A DNA stretch of 64,000 nt from Octopus vulgaris (GCA_951406725.2 OX597819.1:116312001-116376000), one strand, 5' to 3'. Shown: positions 14,095 to 28,734, numbered from the stretch's first letter. The notes: generated by a model from the sequence alone, not told the origin. Numbers and translations: made by a program.

Positions 14095-14488
14095 CAGAAG
14101 GCTAGTAGTGGGGAAGTCGATTGCAACAACCCCATTAACCAGTTGGTAATTATTTTCTCCATCCCGAAGAGGGCGAAGTAGAACTCGGCGGAATTTAAGC
14201 CCAGAATATGAAAACGTACAAAATGCCGCTGAGCCTCTCGCCATGAAAACAAATAAATAAATAAATAAATAGCAATTGCTTTAAAGCTTGGCACAAGGAC
14301 AGGAAGTTCAGTTATAATCAAAGTCGATTACATCGACCCAAGTACATGACTGGTACTTTATTTTATCGACCGAAAGATTAAAAACGAACGTGACCCGAGC
14401 AGGAATTGAACTCAAAAGTTACAGAGACAGGACAACTACTTTGAAGATATTTTCCCCGCTGCTCTAACAAATCTGCTAGCTGACCGCC
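14095..14488 (-). mobile_element. Two tandem degenerate SINE group C copies (~14095-14243 and ~14285-14488)
   Basis: gtcgattacatcgacc...ctggtactttattttatcgacc core and ggcggtcagctagcaga head. Confidence 0.7.
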
Positions 14489-15009
14489 ATTATAGAAGTT
14501 CCGAATTGTAGGTACAGAGCCACAATTCCGAGTGGCGAGAGTAACACAATATCATTAACCCTAGTACATGGCTGGTACTTTATTATACCAATCCTTGAAC
14601 AAAAACTTTCAAAGCTGATCAGCAATTCTTTTCTGCTACATGGTAATCTAGAAGTTTGCCATGAAGTCAATTAAAAGGTGTGTCACATTACCATCATTTG
14701 CATTGAACAGTTGCACACCTGCTTTCTTCAACTTTTTCTTTTGCGCTATTAGATCCAGTTCAACCCAAAGTAAGGCTCAGCTGACTAATATATAGCCCTA
14801 CATATTGGTGAATTACATATCTGCCTTGAGTCATTAGCGCTCTTTTTGACTTCGTATCATCATTAGAACTACAACTGTTATGATAATTTTCAACATTTAC
14901 TCCTATGTTTTACTATTATTATAATTAGAGTAGTTGTTTCAATTGTAAAACAATTTAAATTATCCTAAGTATAAAACTTATTTGTGGAAATAAGTATAAA
15001 ACTTATTTG

Positions 15010-15278
15010 CGGACGCGCGGTCGGAGGATCGCGGTTTCGATTCCCAGACCGGGCGTTGAGTGTGTTTATTGAGCGAAAACACCTAAAGCTCCATGAGGCT
15101 CCGGCATGGGGTGGTGGTGACTCCTATTGTACTCTTTTACCCCAGCTTTCTCTCACGCTTTCTTGAGTGACGCTGCGATGGACTGCGATGGACTGGGGGA
15201 ACACATACGCCATAGAAACCGGGAAACCGGTCCCATGAGCCTGGGTAGGCTTGAAAAGAGCGCATAAATAAATAAGAA
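15010..15278 (+). mobile_element. SINE group A, V-like body, 5'-truncated
   Basis: Homologous to 7767-8065. TSD ataaaacttatt lies upstream and at 15279-15290. Confidence 0.85.
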
Positions 15279-15510
15279 ATAAAACTTATTATCTTCTTTG
15301 CTTTCGCTGTGTCTCAGGAAGGTCATTGTGCCACTGATAATCACATGCAATGGTTATATTTCATTTGTTTTATCATTATAAGTCAATTGGTTAATTATAA
15401 TTATTTAACCAAATTATTAATAGATTATTTGATCAATCGTTCTGTAACTCAATCAAACGGCTTGGTCAAACACCTTCCGTCGACATGCGTGACCGCATCA
15501 ATGACACGAT

Positions 15511-15884
15511 GGATATATGTATGGAAGCACTCCGTCGGTTACGACGACGAGGGTTCCGATTGATCCGATCAACGGAACAGCCTACTCGTGAAATTAACGT
15601 GTAAGTGGCTGAACACTCCACAGACAGTTGTACCCTTAACGTAGTTCTCGGGGATATTCAGCGTGACACAGAGAGTGACAAGGCCGGCCCTTTGAAATAC
15701 AGGTACAACAGAAACAGGAAGTAAGAGTGAGAGAAAGTTGTGGTGAAAGAGTACAGCAGGGATCACTCGTGGAGATTTTAGGTGTTTTCGCTCAATAAAC
15801 ACTCACAACGCCCGGTCTGGGAATCGAAACCGCGATCCTACGACCGCGAATCCGCTGCCCTAACCACTGGGCCATTGCGCCTCC
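15511..15884 (-). mobile_element. SINE group A, alternative body and tail
   Basis: Same head as 7767. Different 3' half ending cgtcgtaaccgacggagtgcttcc. TSD caatgac(a/g)cgat at 15499-15510 and 15885-15896. Confidence 0.9.
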
Positions 15885-16339
15885 CAATGACGCGATAGAA
15901 AGGGAGTAACTATAAAAAATAACCAACCAACCAATATCAACTATTGCTCATATAAACAAGCATGCATACATATCGAAAGATATGTACGAGCGCGCACACG
16001 TTTACGTATAATTGCGGAGAGCTGAATAGAAATTTGTGTATTCATGTTTCTGAATGATACGTATAGGATAAGTATATTCGTTCGTAATCTGATATTCGTC
16101 ATAAGTTAATGTTTTTGTGTAGGTGACTAAATCTGGCGTATTTATCGGTAAGTATTATTTCATTCCTACCAATGCATTTGGTTAACTAACATATACACGT
16201 CTATCTATGTATAGAAATTGCAAACACATCCAGGTACATATACATATATATACAGGCATTTAGCTAGCTTCTACATATCTAGATATAACAGTTGGACTAA
16301 TACTACAATACATTACAGATTCTCCATTCATATTACACA

Positions 16340-16404
<65 letters not shown>

Positions 16405-16438
16405 GTTTAGGTATGTACATTTATCTATGTGTATACTC

Positions 16439-16480
<42 letters not shown>

Positions 16481-16614
16481 TATTTTTTCTTCAATTTTTT
16501 GGGGATAAAATTGTACGATGCTTTTCGGTTATTCAGCAGACGATTTTCTCTCAGCAATTCATGTAATTTTGTTATTACTCTATTTCGAGGAATAATACCT
16601 AATCTAGGCAAACC

Positions 16615-16701
<87 letters not shown>

Positions 16702-16741
16702 CTCTGTCTCTCTGTCTCTCTCTCTCTCTCTATCTATCTAC

Positions 16742-16781
<40 letters not shown>

Positions 16782-16782
16782 A

Positions 16783-16827
<45 letters not shown>

Positions 16828-16916
16828 GTATGTCTGTCTGTCTATTCAGCTCTCTCCCTCACTCTTTTTCTCTCTATGAATTTCTCTTTCTCTATATATA
16901 TGTGCGTATCTTTATG

Positions 16917-16970
<54 letters not shown>

Positions 16971-17987
16971 CATGCATACGCAGAATTATGTGTATGTGCA
17001 TGCACATGTAAGTAACTACAAAAAAGAATCAGTTGGTAAGTAACTACAAAAAAGAATCACTAAGATTTATAACAAGTATTTATTTATAAATACAACTTAT
17101 ATAGAAAAGCCAATGGAATGATACCTTGTCGACTACTTTTCTGCAATTTATGCTTGTAAACATGTATGCCTGAAGACATACAGATACAAACAAAAAAGGA
17201 TACTCTCACTCTGAATCACGCGCATTTATATATATATATATATATGAATAGTTTTGTATCTATGAAGGATCGTTTAACGAAGCCAAAAAACGCTAATCTA
17301 TCTTTACCAATATACTTTCTCGTATCTGTAGATATATCTACAATTAATGTATTCTGAGTTTTGTCGATTTTGCATCAGATTATTCTATGGAAGCGGTGAT
17401 GTTTGTGAGAAAAAAATTTCTATATTGAAAATAATATAAATATATGAAAAATATACATCGCTCCGAAATATTTATAAATCCATTTCAGCACAACGTAAAT
17501 TTTTTTTATATTCTGTATTTATCGCTTTTCGACTTCTTATTGTAAGTAACTCTGAAACATTCTTATTTATTACCATTTTCTTTACATATCCTTTGGCGAC
17601 AATTCGCATGTTTCTTTCTTTTTTTCTTTTCATCCTTTGATATCGTTTTGTTTTTGTTTGCTTTGCAATAAATAATTTTTTTGTGATATGGTTTTTCACG
17701 ATTTATATACTTTCCATTTTATTTTCAGCTCTTATCTGCGAAAGAAAAGAGAGAAAAACATAAATAGAAAAGAAAATGGGAAGTAATATATACACATGAA
17801 TAAATATATACGTGTAAATGTATAATTATACATACGCATGTATATATAGTCATACATTTATAATTGTTTATACAGATATTCATAGTGTATATATATGCAT
17901 GTGTGTGTGTTTACATATTTGTATATATATATATATACATATGCATATTTATACAGAAAGATACAAGTATAGACATATATATGGATG

Positions 17988-18039
<52 letters not shown>

Positions 18040-19349
18040 AATATATATATATTTTCATACATATATGGTTTTCTTTTTTTCATTATGCAAGATTTTTTAT
18101 TGATGGTTTCTGATACTTATGTAATATACAGAAGTAAATATATAAGGGTTATTTTGTGTACAATGCATTAAGATTATAAAAACAAAAGACTGGAGAATAT
18201 TTACAAAATATAACGGAGAGTTTAATGTAAGCTCGTAAATATTCTTTACTATATTTGTTATCACTCTATCAAGGGTATTAACAATGATTTTACATTCATT
18301 TCCTTTTAGGTATAGTTGATTCTATTTTCTACTTACACACTTCATAAGATTAATTGATGTTATGACATAAATCGAGATATTTCAAAAACTTGGCGCAACA
18401 TTTTATTAAAATTGTATTTATCCCATTATTTCCATCGATATTAATTATAATTTGTTTAAATAGTTTATGATCCGCGATTTAACATGACTTGCAAGACATA
18501 TATAGAAATAAATGACTGACTTAGTGCTTCTTTATTTAAATCTGTCATCCGATGTTTATATGCATTAGAAATCAGTGTTTGTTTGTTTTTTTTGTAGTTG
18601 TTGATTAAAGCTAGATCGGCCATGATGAATCATAGCAGAGGAATTTATAGCAGAATTCGTGTGTTTTGATTTAAACTTGTGAAATTCATTATCCTTTCGA
18701 CTTTATACATCGTGTAACTTAAGAGAGAATTTCTGCGAAGGGATTTCAAACGATGTTGACTTATCGTGTATAAAATAGGTGGTTCTGCACACAAACTACA
18801 CAAACGCACACTCATGCGCACAGACACACATACACAAACATACACATATATGAATCAGGTCACTCATATCAATCTTGAGTGACTGAGGTTTTTAAAACTA
18901 ACTCTTTGGTGAAGTATCACAAATACACATTTTATATATATATAGGTAAGTATTAATGCGATATATGCATGTGTGTATGTTTGAGTGTGTATATGTATAT
19001 GTGTTTGGGTGTGTGCGTTTCTATGTGTGAATGTTTGTGTACGTGTGTGTCAAATAAAACGCTTCACGATGTCACAAATAAAAAAAAAAACCTTAAATAA
19101 TAAAGCATTGGGATATTGAATAGAATTGTGGTCTATAAGCGGGAAAATAGAATTGACTCCCACAGATTAAAAATTAATGACCGACAACCGCAGACGTTCT
19201 GCACCACAGTGTTTTCCCTGGTGCCCTTCAATCCTCTACTAATGTTGGTATTGTTGCTCGTAAATAGTTAGAATTGAGGAGATGAACGTGTGTTGTTTAT
19301 CCCTATACTATTCCAACAGCCAAACTGTAGTACATGAATTTATAGTACT

Positions 19350-19762
19350 ACTCTTTTTACTCTTTTTACTTGCTTCAGTCATTTGACTGCGGCCATGCTG
19401 GAGCACCGCCTTTAGTCGAGCAAATCGACCCCGGGACTTATTCTTTGTAAGCCAAGTACTTATTCTATCGGTCTTTTTTGCCGAACCGCTAAGTGACGGG
19501 GACGTAAACACACCAGCATCGGTTGTCAAGCAATGCTAGGGGAACAAACACAGACACACAAACATATTCACACACACTTACATATATATACATATATACG
19601 ACAGGCTTCTTTCAGTTTCCGTCTACCCAATCCACTCACAAGGCATTGGTCGGCCCGGGGCTATAGCAGAAGACACTTGCCCAAGATGCCACGCAGTGGG
19701 ACTGAACCCGGAACCATGTGGTTGGTTAGCAAGCTACTTATCAAACAGCCACTCCTGCGCCT
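19350..19762 (-). mobile_element. SINE group B, full length
   Basis: Near-identical to the 11352 and 23672 copies. Confidence 0.92.
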
Positions 19763-20445
19763 ATATATGCTCAATATATGCTCACCCCTGCTATGTTAAA
19801 AATCGATTTGCTATGAATGCATAAGGAGTGGTTGTCATTATTGACAAACTCGTAATATTTGTCAATTCGAATTTCGGATTACGAATGTGCCTGACATTAC
19901 GAATGTGCCTTACGAATGTGCACATTCGATGTAGAAATCTCACACATATTTTACGGCGATAGCAAGAATGAAGTAGTAAGCATATAGTAAGAATGTGGGA
20001 GTCTCAAAATCGCTTTGGCGGCAACTATACTAGCACCTTCCACGCACGTCTCTATACATATAGAAATTGCAAGTACAGTCAGGTACATGTACATACATGG
20101 ATAATAGCGAGCTTGTATGCATACTTCTAGATATAACTATTGGTCAGTATTCTGTTATATATTACAGATTCTCCACTTGTGTTACATACATTAATATACA
20201 TACACATACATACATATGCATACTCATGTCTATAAAAATGCATCTATGTATCCATCTATCTATGCCCATATATATATACATATACATATATATATACGCG
20301 TGTGTATGTGTAATATTGAATTGTTTCTCTACAAAAGTTGGCATACAAGTAAATCTATGAGTGACTATGTGTGAATGTGTGTACGTGTCTGCGTGTGTGT
20401 ACATGTATGCATGTGCATATATATATATATATTTGAAATCGTTAC

Positions 20446-20479
<34 letters not shown>

Positions 20480-21636
20480 TTATGTATATGTACTTTCACT
20501 GAGAAATATACACATGCATAAATCACAAATTACATAGACCGGTATTTCACTTATACTTAAATATATTTGACTTCATTCACCGGTAACCTTAATTACTGCA
20601 TCACTCTGCTTACTAACGTATTGAAATGGAGAGTAATGTACGTATTCTTATAATAAGAATCTAGTTGATTACTGATAGATTTCCTTAAATGTGTTACATA
20701 TTTTGCTGCAGAATGCTTTAGATTCATATTGGATAATAAACATGCGTCTACCTAACAGTAATTAGATTTGTATTACTTTAGAAGTCTCCATTAAATACGC
20801 AAGCTACGAACCCCATAACTTCATTTAGAATTCCAAATTGTAAGAATGAGATCCATTCGTTTATATGAAACATTTCGTTAAGATGTTATCTTGTTATTTC
20901 ATTCCCGGTTTGTTAATGAAAGCAATTATGATTTATTCGTGTTCTTTGTATATTGATGATAAAATCAAAGATTTATAGAATGGTTTTTATGTATAAGTTT
21001 TGGTAGAATATAAGTAGTACTTGGTGCGTAAATGTTGAGACTGAGATTGAATATTTGCGATAATACCACAGGGGAGCAATTAGCGATTTGAAATATTTAT
21101 TGAATTAATTGATGTATATATTTATAACGTGATTTTTGCTCTTAGATACAATGAAGTAATGATATTTGCAATAGGTTAATGCATGGAAGAATTAAATTAT
21201 ATTTCTTATAAACATAGCCCTTTGGAGAGAATTCAATCCATTGATCAAGTAATAAAGTGAAGTCCGTAGGAACATTATACAGAATATATATATATATATA
21301 TCTTTGGTTTTACATAAGGTTTCACATAAATAAACTGACAATGCAGAGTGTATGGAAAACTTACAAGTTGATGTAAATTTAAGCAGTAGTGGTTTAAATT
21401 ACAGAATCTCTAAATATTAAATTATTCTAATTCGGTACGATGTTGAATGCAACTGTCAGAGACTGAACAATGACGACAACCCGTTTGGATAAACATTTGT
21501 TAACATAAGAGCCATAGAGTAGGTGTTAAAACCTCCAGAAAATCAAACCTAATATGCGGTTTCACTCTATACATGAAAATTATATTGCAGTTAATACTGT
21601 CTGTAACGCTTTCCGGATGTCACAACATCCTAATCT

Positions 21637-22021
21637 GGGAAGCACTCCGTCGGTTACGACGACGAGGGTTCCGGTTGATCCGAATCAACGGAACAGCCTG
21701 CTCGTGAAATTAACGTGTAAGTGGCTGAGCACTCCACAGACACGTATACCCTTAACGTAGTTCTCGGGGATATTCAGCGTGACACAGAGAGTGACAAGGC
21801 CGGCCCTTTGAAATACAGGTACAGCAGAAACAGGAAGTAAGAGTGAGAGAAAGTTGGGGTGAAAGAGTACAGCAGGGATCACCACCATCCCCTGCCGGAG
21901 CCTCGTGGAGCTTTAGGTGTTTTCGCTCAATAAACACTCACAACGCCCGGTCTGGGAATCGAAACCGCGATCCTATGACAGCGAGTCCGCTGCCCTAACC
22001 ACTGGGCCATTGCGCCTCCAC
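21637..22021 (-). mobile_element. SINE group A (alternative tail), full length
   Basis: Perfect 12-bp TSD acatcctaatct at 21625-21636 and 22022-22033. A box and ggtttcgattccc B box present. Confidence 0.93.
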
Positions 22022-23671
22022 ACATCCTAATCTAAAACAGGCTTGAATGACTTTGTGAAAGGGACTTTATATTTATTTGAAACTGAATTAGCCGTGTATC
22101 AGCAGTTAAAAATTCCAGCATGCAAAATACATTGTTACGCTTAATAACTATTTCAGATTCCTTACGGCCTTGATGTTTCTGGAAGAAAGATGAACGTCCT
22201 TAACAGTAATTTTCTCTTTCCTAAAATATGAGACATTTGTAACGATTAAAAAAGGTAATCAACATTTGTGTCTATCAAATTTTACACTGAAGTCATAATT
22301 TCCATTTTAATTTCAAATTCTGCCTCGGTTATAAGCAAACATTGATTTTAATGCTTAGTGTGGTTAGCAATAATATATTGCCTTGATATCTGTAATATAT
22401 TACGTTGGTAGCTACAATGAACTCTTATATATTCATTTGGCAAAAGGCTCATTGTCTTCAAGATGCTACAGGGAAATTTGGAAACTATTATTCATTAACT
22501 AATGTTTAGGGATATTTCGAAAATTACAAACCAACCGAAACCGACCGAAGAATTAAATTGTATGCGTCGATCCTTTGTGCAATTAGCTTCGAAATGGATT
22601 TCATTATTCATCGAAACCAATTGATGAAAGAGGTGCCCAGAATACTTTAGGAGCTAAGATGAGTCGATAGAGTATTAAAGGGACTTGAAAAACGGTCAAC
22701 TTTCCGTAGCTACAATAAGATCATAATAACATTGAATTCTCTGTGTAATATTGAAACATGATTCTGAAAGTAATTGCTAACTTTTTTCTCGAGGGACAAT
22801 ATTGGGTAATTGCCGTTTTTAACTGGCGGATCTGCATTGATCTCTTGTATATCTAAATCAAAATATCCTGAAGTAGTGATCGATCTTAGACTGCAAGATA
22901 TGTGGAGACAGTCTGAAAAGGTTTTCAGTAAACTGTCAGTGAGTCGGACACAGTGTTTTGTAGATTTAGGTCTGCTTTCTACGTCTTGATATTACATAGA
23001 GCTGAAGGCAGATTTTGAGGACGATAAATACATAACAAGTTAAATTTTGGTGTTGTGTTCTATCCCTTTCCCACTAACTCATTCTCTCTCTGAATTATAC
23101 CAGTAATTCAATGGTCTAGCTCTGTCATATTTTCGGGGACTGGTTCAGCGTGGCGTGACTCACACACGTAACTATGGGACATACAGGTGATTAAGCGTTA
23201 ACTTTATGAGTAGGAAGTCAACTGGATAAACAAACGAATACTCATTGTAGAGCCGGACAAAGAACTACACCAAATAGAAATATTGACTAACGCCATACAT
23301 ATTGTAACAAAGACTCGACTTCAAGGTTCGTAACCTAGTCTGTCACAACGCGGGGTGATACTACTGAAGGGTTAACTTGCAAGGGTTAATTAAATTATCA
23401 TAGCATTGTGGTTTGTGCAACAAAAAGTATATATTGTAGATGATTGTCTGAAGGTAACTGGAGATAATTACATAACACGAAAATTGCGGTCCTTTGGAGA
23501 ATATGAAGACAATATCTTTCGTTATTCCAGTGTAATGTTGAAAGGCAGATTATAATATAATCTATTTGAAATTAATTCAGACAGTTTTGCTAATTTTCGA
23601 AATCTTCATCTAGGTGTTTAGGAGTATAATCTGTACGACCAACTTGTGCAAGTATTCTTTTCTTTCTTTTA

Positions 23672-24073
23672 TATTCTTTTACTTGTTTCAGTCATTTGAC
23701 TGCGGTCATGCTGGTGCACCGCCTTTAGTCGAGCAATTCTACCCCGGAACTTATTCTTTGTAAGCCCAGTACTTATTCTATCGGTCTCTTTTGCCGAACC
23801 GCTAAGTGACGGGGACGTAAACACACCAGCATCGGTTGTCAAGCGATGTTGGGGGGACAAACACAGACACACAAACACACATACACATATATATATATAC
23901 ATATATACGACAGGCCTCTTTCAGTTTCCGTCTACCAAATCCACTCACAAGGCATTGGTCGGCCCGGGGCTATAGTAGAAGACACTTGCCCAAGATGCTA
24001 CGCAGTGGGACTGAACCCGGAACCATGTGGTTGGTTAGCAAGCTACTTACCACACAGCCACTCCCGCGCCTGT
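23672..24073 (-). mobile_element. SINE group B, full length
   Basis: Near-identical to the 19350 copy. Confidence 0.92.
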
Positions 24074-24227
24074 AGTTTCCTGAAAAGATATGATTTACTA
24101 AATTATATACTCGGAGATATTTGGTTTTAAGCATCAGGGCTAAAGAATAACAAAGTAATCTGCGCAGGAAGAAATAACAACAAGTAAGCGGTGCATAGCA
24201 TGTGACGCCTTAAAGAAAATTATGAAA

Positions 24228-24685
24228 TTGGGTTGTCCGGAAAGTTGGTGGCGATTTAGAGTAGCTTACGTTTCCGTTTATTTTATAACATGGTTGTGTC
24301 CATAAAATAGGATTTCACCCTTTCAAATGGAAGATAAGAAAGTTCATTTTCGGCACTTAATGCTTTGGGAACCAGGCAAAAATTGATGCACCTCCATATT
24401 CACCAGATATTGCTCCTTCGGATTTCCACTTATTCAGGTCTCTGTAGAATAGTCTGAATGGTAAACATTTTAATTCCGTGGATGACGTAAAAAGATACCT
24501 TGATGAATTCTTTGCCATGAAACCACCTCAATTCTGGGAAGAGGGTATTTTCAAGTTAAAGGAAAGATGGAAACGCATTGTGCAACAAAATGGTTCATAT
24601 TTGGTTGATTAAAAATGTAATGGCAAGTATTTATTGAACTTTCTCTTTCCTTTAAAAACCGGCTCGAACTTTCCGGACAACCCAA
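24228..24685 (+). mobile_element. Internally deleted mariner element
   Basis: TIRs ttgggttgtccggaaagtt / aactttccggacaacccaa followed by TA. Remnants MEDKKVHFRHLML and PYSPDIAPSDFHLFRSL. Confidence 0.9.
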
Positions 24686-25238
24686 TAAATATAAATAAAT
24701 ACACAGATGCGTGTGTGTGTGTTTGTGCGCGCGCCTCTTGTTAGACAGAAAACATGGTGTGTATACACATGCACGGATACACACACATACATACACGTAG
24801 GACGCACGCACACACACACACACATGCACGCACACACACACATGCACGCACACACCACCTCCATACATAAAAGGCATGTTAAAGAAGTTAGCATTTTCAG
24901 AAAAAGAAACCGACCAAGAAATTTGCACATAAATACAATCTGCAAACGGAAAGAAGAATTTTCACACTTCTAAACGTGATATTGTCTTTTCCTCTGCAAT
25001 CCTATAATGGGTTTTCTGTCATTCTTAGGAATCAATTCTTTACTTACAGAAACACAAACACACACACACAATTCATTCATTTATTTCTTAATTGTGAAAC
25101 TCAACTTTGGATAGTTGGTGCATACACACCCATATATTCACACATACATGCATACATATACACGTACATACATCCATATATAGATACATATACACACATA
25201 AACACATATGTATAAATTTATATATATCTATACATATG

Positions 25239-25305
<67 letters not shown>

Positions 25306-25646
25306 GTGTGTAACTACTTCCCAAAATATATTTATTGCTCCATTTCAATTTAGTCTAATACTATCATTCGGTGATTCTACCGCTGGATAATCATCATTTC
25401 GAGTTAATGACATATTTATGGGTCTGCATATAGACAACGTTACTAATTCATCAAATACGGAAGAGCTTGGCGTAGTTCATTTAACTACCTTAGCGTCAGT
25501 GTTGACTGTTAAAGTTAATCTTGCCAAACAGTGAATCTCTGCCAGACGGTTGTCATCATTCCAAAACTAATAATGGTTTTTAAGTAGCACTCCTAAATTC
25601 TCTGTGTTATTACGTATTTGTTTCATGCATCCATCTATGCATCTGT

Positions 25647-25720
<74 letters not shown>

Positions 25721-25767
25721 CTGTATGTATAAGATGTATGCATCCCCCATCGCTATACATATATTTA

Positions 25768-25802
<35 letters not shown>

Positions 25803-25860
25803 CTATCTATCTATCTATACACACACACACATATATACATGCATAGTTGCATAATATTTT

Positions 25861-25930
25861 CATGTGGAATAAAAGAGAATTCAACGTATGCCAAATACAA
25901 GAACTAGGATATATCTGTATATACGTGTCT

Positions 25931-25996
<66 letters not shown>

Positions 25997-26002
25997 GGAG
26001 AT

Positions 26003-26044
<42 letters not shown>

Positions 26045-26100
26045 GGATATATTCATGTTCTTGTATTTGATATACGTGGAATTCCCTTTTATTCCACACG
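25861..26100. repeat. Imperfect ~60-bp inverted repeat around a microsatellite spacer
   Basis: tgtggaataaaagagaattcaacgtatgccaaatacaagaac (from 25863) matches the reverse complement of 26041-26100. Confidence 0.8.
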
Positions 26101-26467
26101 TCTGTGCATGTTTGTTTGAATGTATGAGTGTATATTAAAATGAATGTTTATTAATGCACATACACAGGCACACACACAGACACAAATACAGGCACATACA
26201 CAGAAACGCACACGCACACACAAACACACACACGTATGCATGTATACACGTATGTATATGTATTTATATTTGTTTTGTAGGTTCAATTATAATAAAACCA
26301 ACTTTACATAAATCTGATGGATTATTACGACTGCATACATATATGAATGGGTATACCTGCATAAATACATACACACACACACATTCATACATACATACAT
26401 AGATACATACATACGTACGCACATACAAACATACCTATATGTGTGTGTGTATATATATATATATTAA

Positions 26468-26508
<41 letters not shown>

Positions 26509-26520
26509 TTATATACCCAT

Positions 26521-26675
26521 ACATCAAAGTCATTGAAGAAACTGTTTTCATTAACTGACCAAGATTACAAGCACTTCCAAAACAAAATGAGGCAATACAA
26601 TGCTGTACTACAGATGACATCATTTGGAGCCGCGAAAGAGTTAACTGAGCCAGGATTCATGCAAACTTCAAGATC
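26521..26675 (+). mobile_element. Helitron Rep/helicase fragment
   Basis: KHFQNKMRQYNAVLQMTSFGA...EPGFMQT(FKI) matches the conserved Helitron motif F..NIR.YN..FQMTSFGA...GFMPTFK. Confidence 0.75.
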
Positions 26676-26699
26676 CACGCGCATTTATACACCCTAACT

Positions 26700-28542
26700 C
26701 AATTTCCATAATAAAATATTACTTACATTTCTAGTTTGAGGAGGGTCTGTACGAATGAAGCTTCCTCCCCATTTATTTTTGCTCTGGCGTAGCCGCTGGA
26801 CTAACCATAAAACTTTGGCTGACCATCTCTTTGCTAACATACTTGATGTCGTCTGGGTACATGTGTTTTAATTCATCGAATAAGTCCACCTCCATTCTAC
26901 CAATTCTAACGTAAGGTGGCATGTCTTTTCCTAATTTTATATACCTGAGTGTTATGGTGAGCTCGAAGTATTGTGGCAAGCATCTTATAATTGTTATTAA
27001 AAGAAATGATTCTGTTCTGCCTCATGGAGTGGGAATGGGAAATGGGTTTTAACAAAGGGGTGGTCTGGGATGCTTTTTGTGTGTGTCAGCATTTGCTTTG
27101 GATATTTTCTTTGTATGGGGTGTGGAGTGTGTGCCTGGCGTCTTTTTTTGGGGGGGATTTAACCGTGGACAACTCAGTTTGTAGCCTTCTGTGGTTTGTA
27201 TTGTTGCCTCTATGTTATTTCTGGTCTTGTTTCCTTGGGTTCTTGTGTAACATTTGTTTCTTTTTTTTACTGGTTGTTTTTGTCACCCCCGCGTTTTGTG
27301 GTTCTTGTTGTAGAGAGGCTTCGTTCTTCTCTACTTTACAGTCAGCACGAACGCGACCCTTCTCACCGCATTTAAATCAACGCGGCCTAACTCCTACTCT
27401 GATCGTTACGCCTAGCCTCTCGCCTATTAATACGCCATCGGGCAGTCCCACAAGGATTCAGGTTTGGCCTGTACTACCATCACGAGGGAATTACCTTTCC
27501 AATTTTCTGTTTCCTTTATTTTGCATTTGCAGAATACTCATTTTCTCTTTCAGGTCATAAGTAATGGCCGCCGTTATCCATATAACGTCGAGACATGTCG
27601 GAATTTTTTCCACTTTAAGTTTAGAGGTTCGTCTGCCCATGTACGTCGGCAGAAATATCACTTCTTTATTTGTTAAGGTCATTGTAGATAAATCCTTTGG
27701 CGATTTTTCATCGGTGAATTGAGCTTCGACCGTGGATGCTTTCTTCCACGGCCGACGTAATTTTTTCTATCGCCTCACTTTTACAAATCGTAGTTCTCTT
27801 TTTCTTCATACCGCACCTTTTGTATACTATAGTTTTAGCCGCAATATTCTGTAAAACATCTCGAGGAGGAAGTAGTTATGTACCATCACCTGATTCTTTT
27901 GAAAAGGTTCCTATATCTAAAAACTTCTGCCATTGTAATTTCCATTCTTATCATGTTGCCGCCCACCAAGTCTGAAAAACGTTGCTTTTCCTTTTGCCCT
28001 TGCATTAACTTTTCATTATTATTTTTAGCCTTTTCAATCTCCGGGAAATTTTCGTTCGAAAATAAATTGTAATCCATGACGTAAAAAACTTTCACAGTAG
28101 ACAAATTCCTTCAAAATGGAATAAAAGTAATTTTTACCCTGCAAAGAATAAAAATCACAGATCTAATCACAGTTGCCACTTTCACTACAGTATTTCAGAA
28201 TTTAAGAATTTTCTGCCCCGAAGGGCGAAAATAACAGTTAACAAATAAACAACAGTTCTATTCCAGCAAGTGCAACAATAACAATAAAACATTAAATATA
28301 TAGCAAATTTGAACTCACGAACACAAATAAGCGACAACCAAAAACGCGTGACATGAATCCGGTGGAGATGGCAGTATCTCAATTCTGCTTGCAATATATA
28401 AAATTTCAAGCGACGTACAGTCGTTGATTTTGCAATCAACAAAAATGCTGGTTCTAAAATATCTCTAAATGATCAACGCAGTAGTTGTACTAACAAGCAA
28501 TGTTCGTGTTCACATCAACATGGCTGCCCGTTCGAACGGACT
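26700..28542 (-). mobile_element. Second, more degenerate ORF1-only L1/Tx1-like retroposon
   Basis: KEVIFLPTYMGRR aligns with KEILFLPTYKKR of the 12000-13235 ORF1. Decayed knuckle RPR*FKCGEKGRVRADC at ~27335-27390. Long T-rich 5' UTR. No RT seen. Confidence 0.7.
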
Positions 28543-28734
28543 TTACCGTAATTATTTAATTATCTGAAATCTTCATTTGACAAAGACATAAAGCTCAGTC
28601 GTTGGAGTTGATAAGAAGCAAATTCCTATTTTAAAGCCGAGAAAAGTTTTACATGATTTTAGAATCATTGCAGATTGTACATGTGACGTGTGGTTTTTCT
28701 GTGTTGTTTTTTTTTCGAAAACCCTACCTTACCC

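Noticed and set aside
17008-17059. 24-bp direct duplication starting GTAAGT (also a 34-bp duplication at 4070-4137)
   Set aside because: Ordinary local slippage duplications with no supportable upstream exon.
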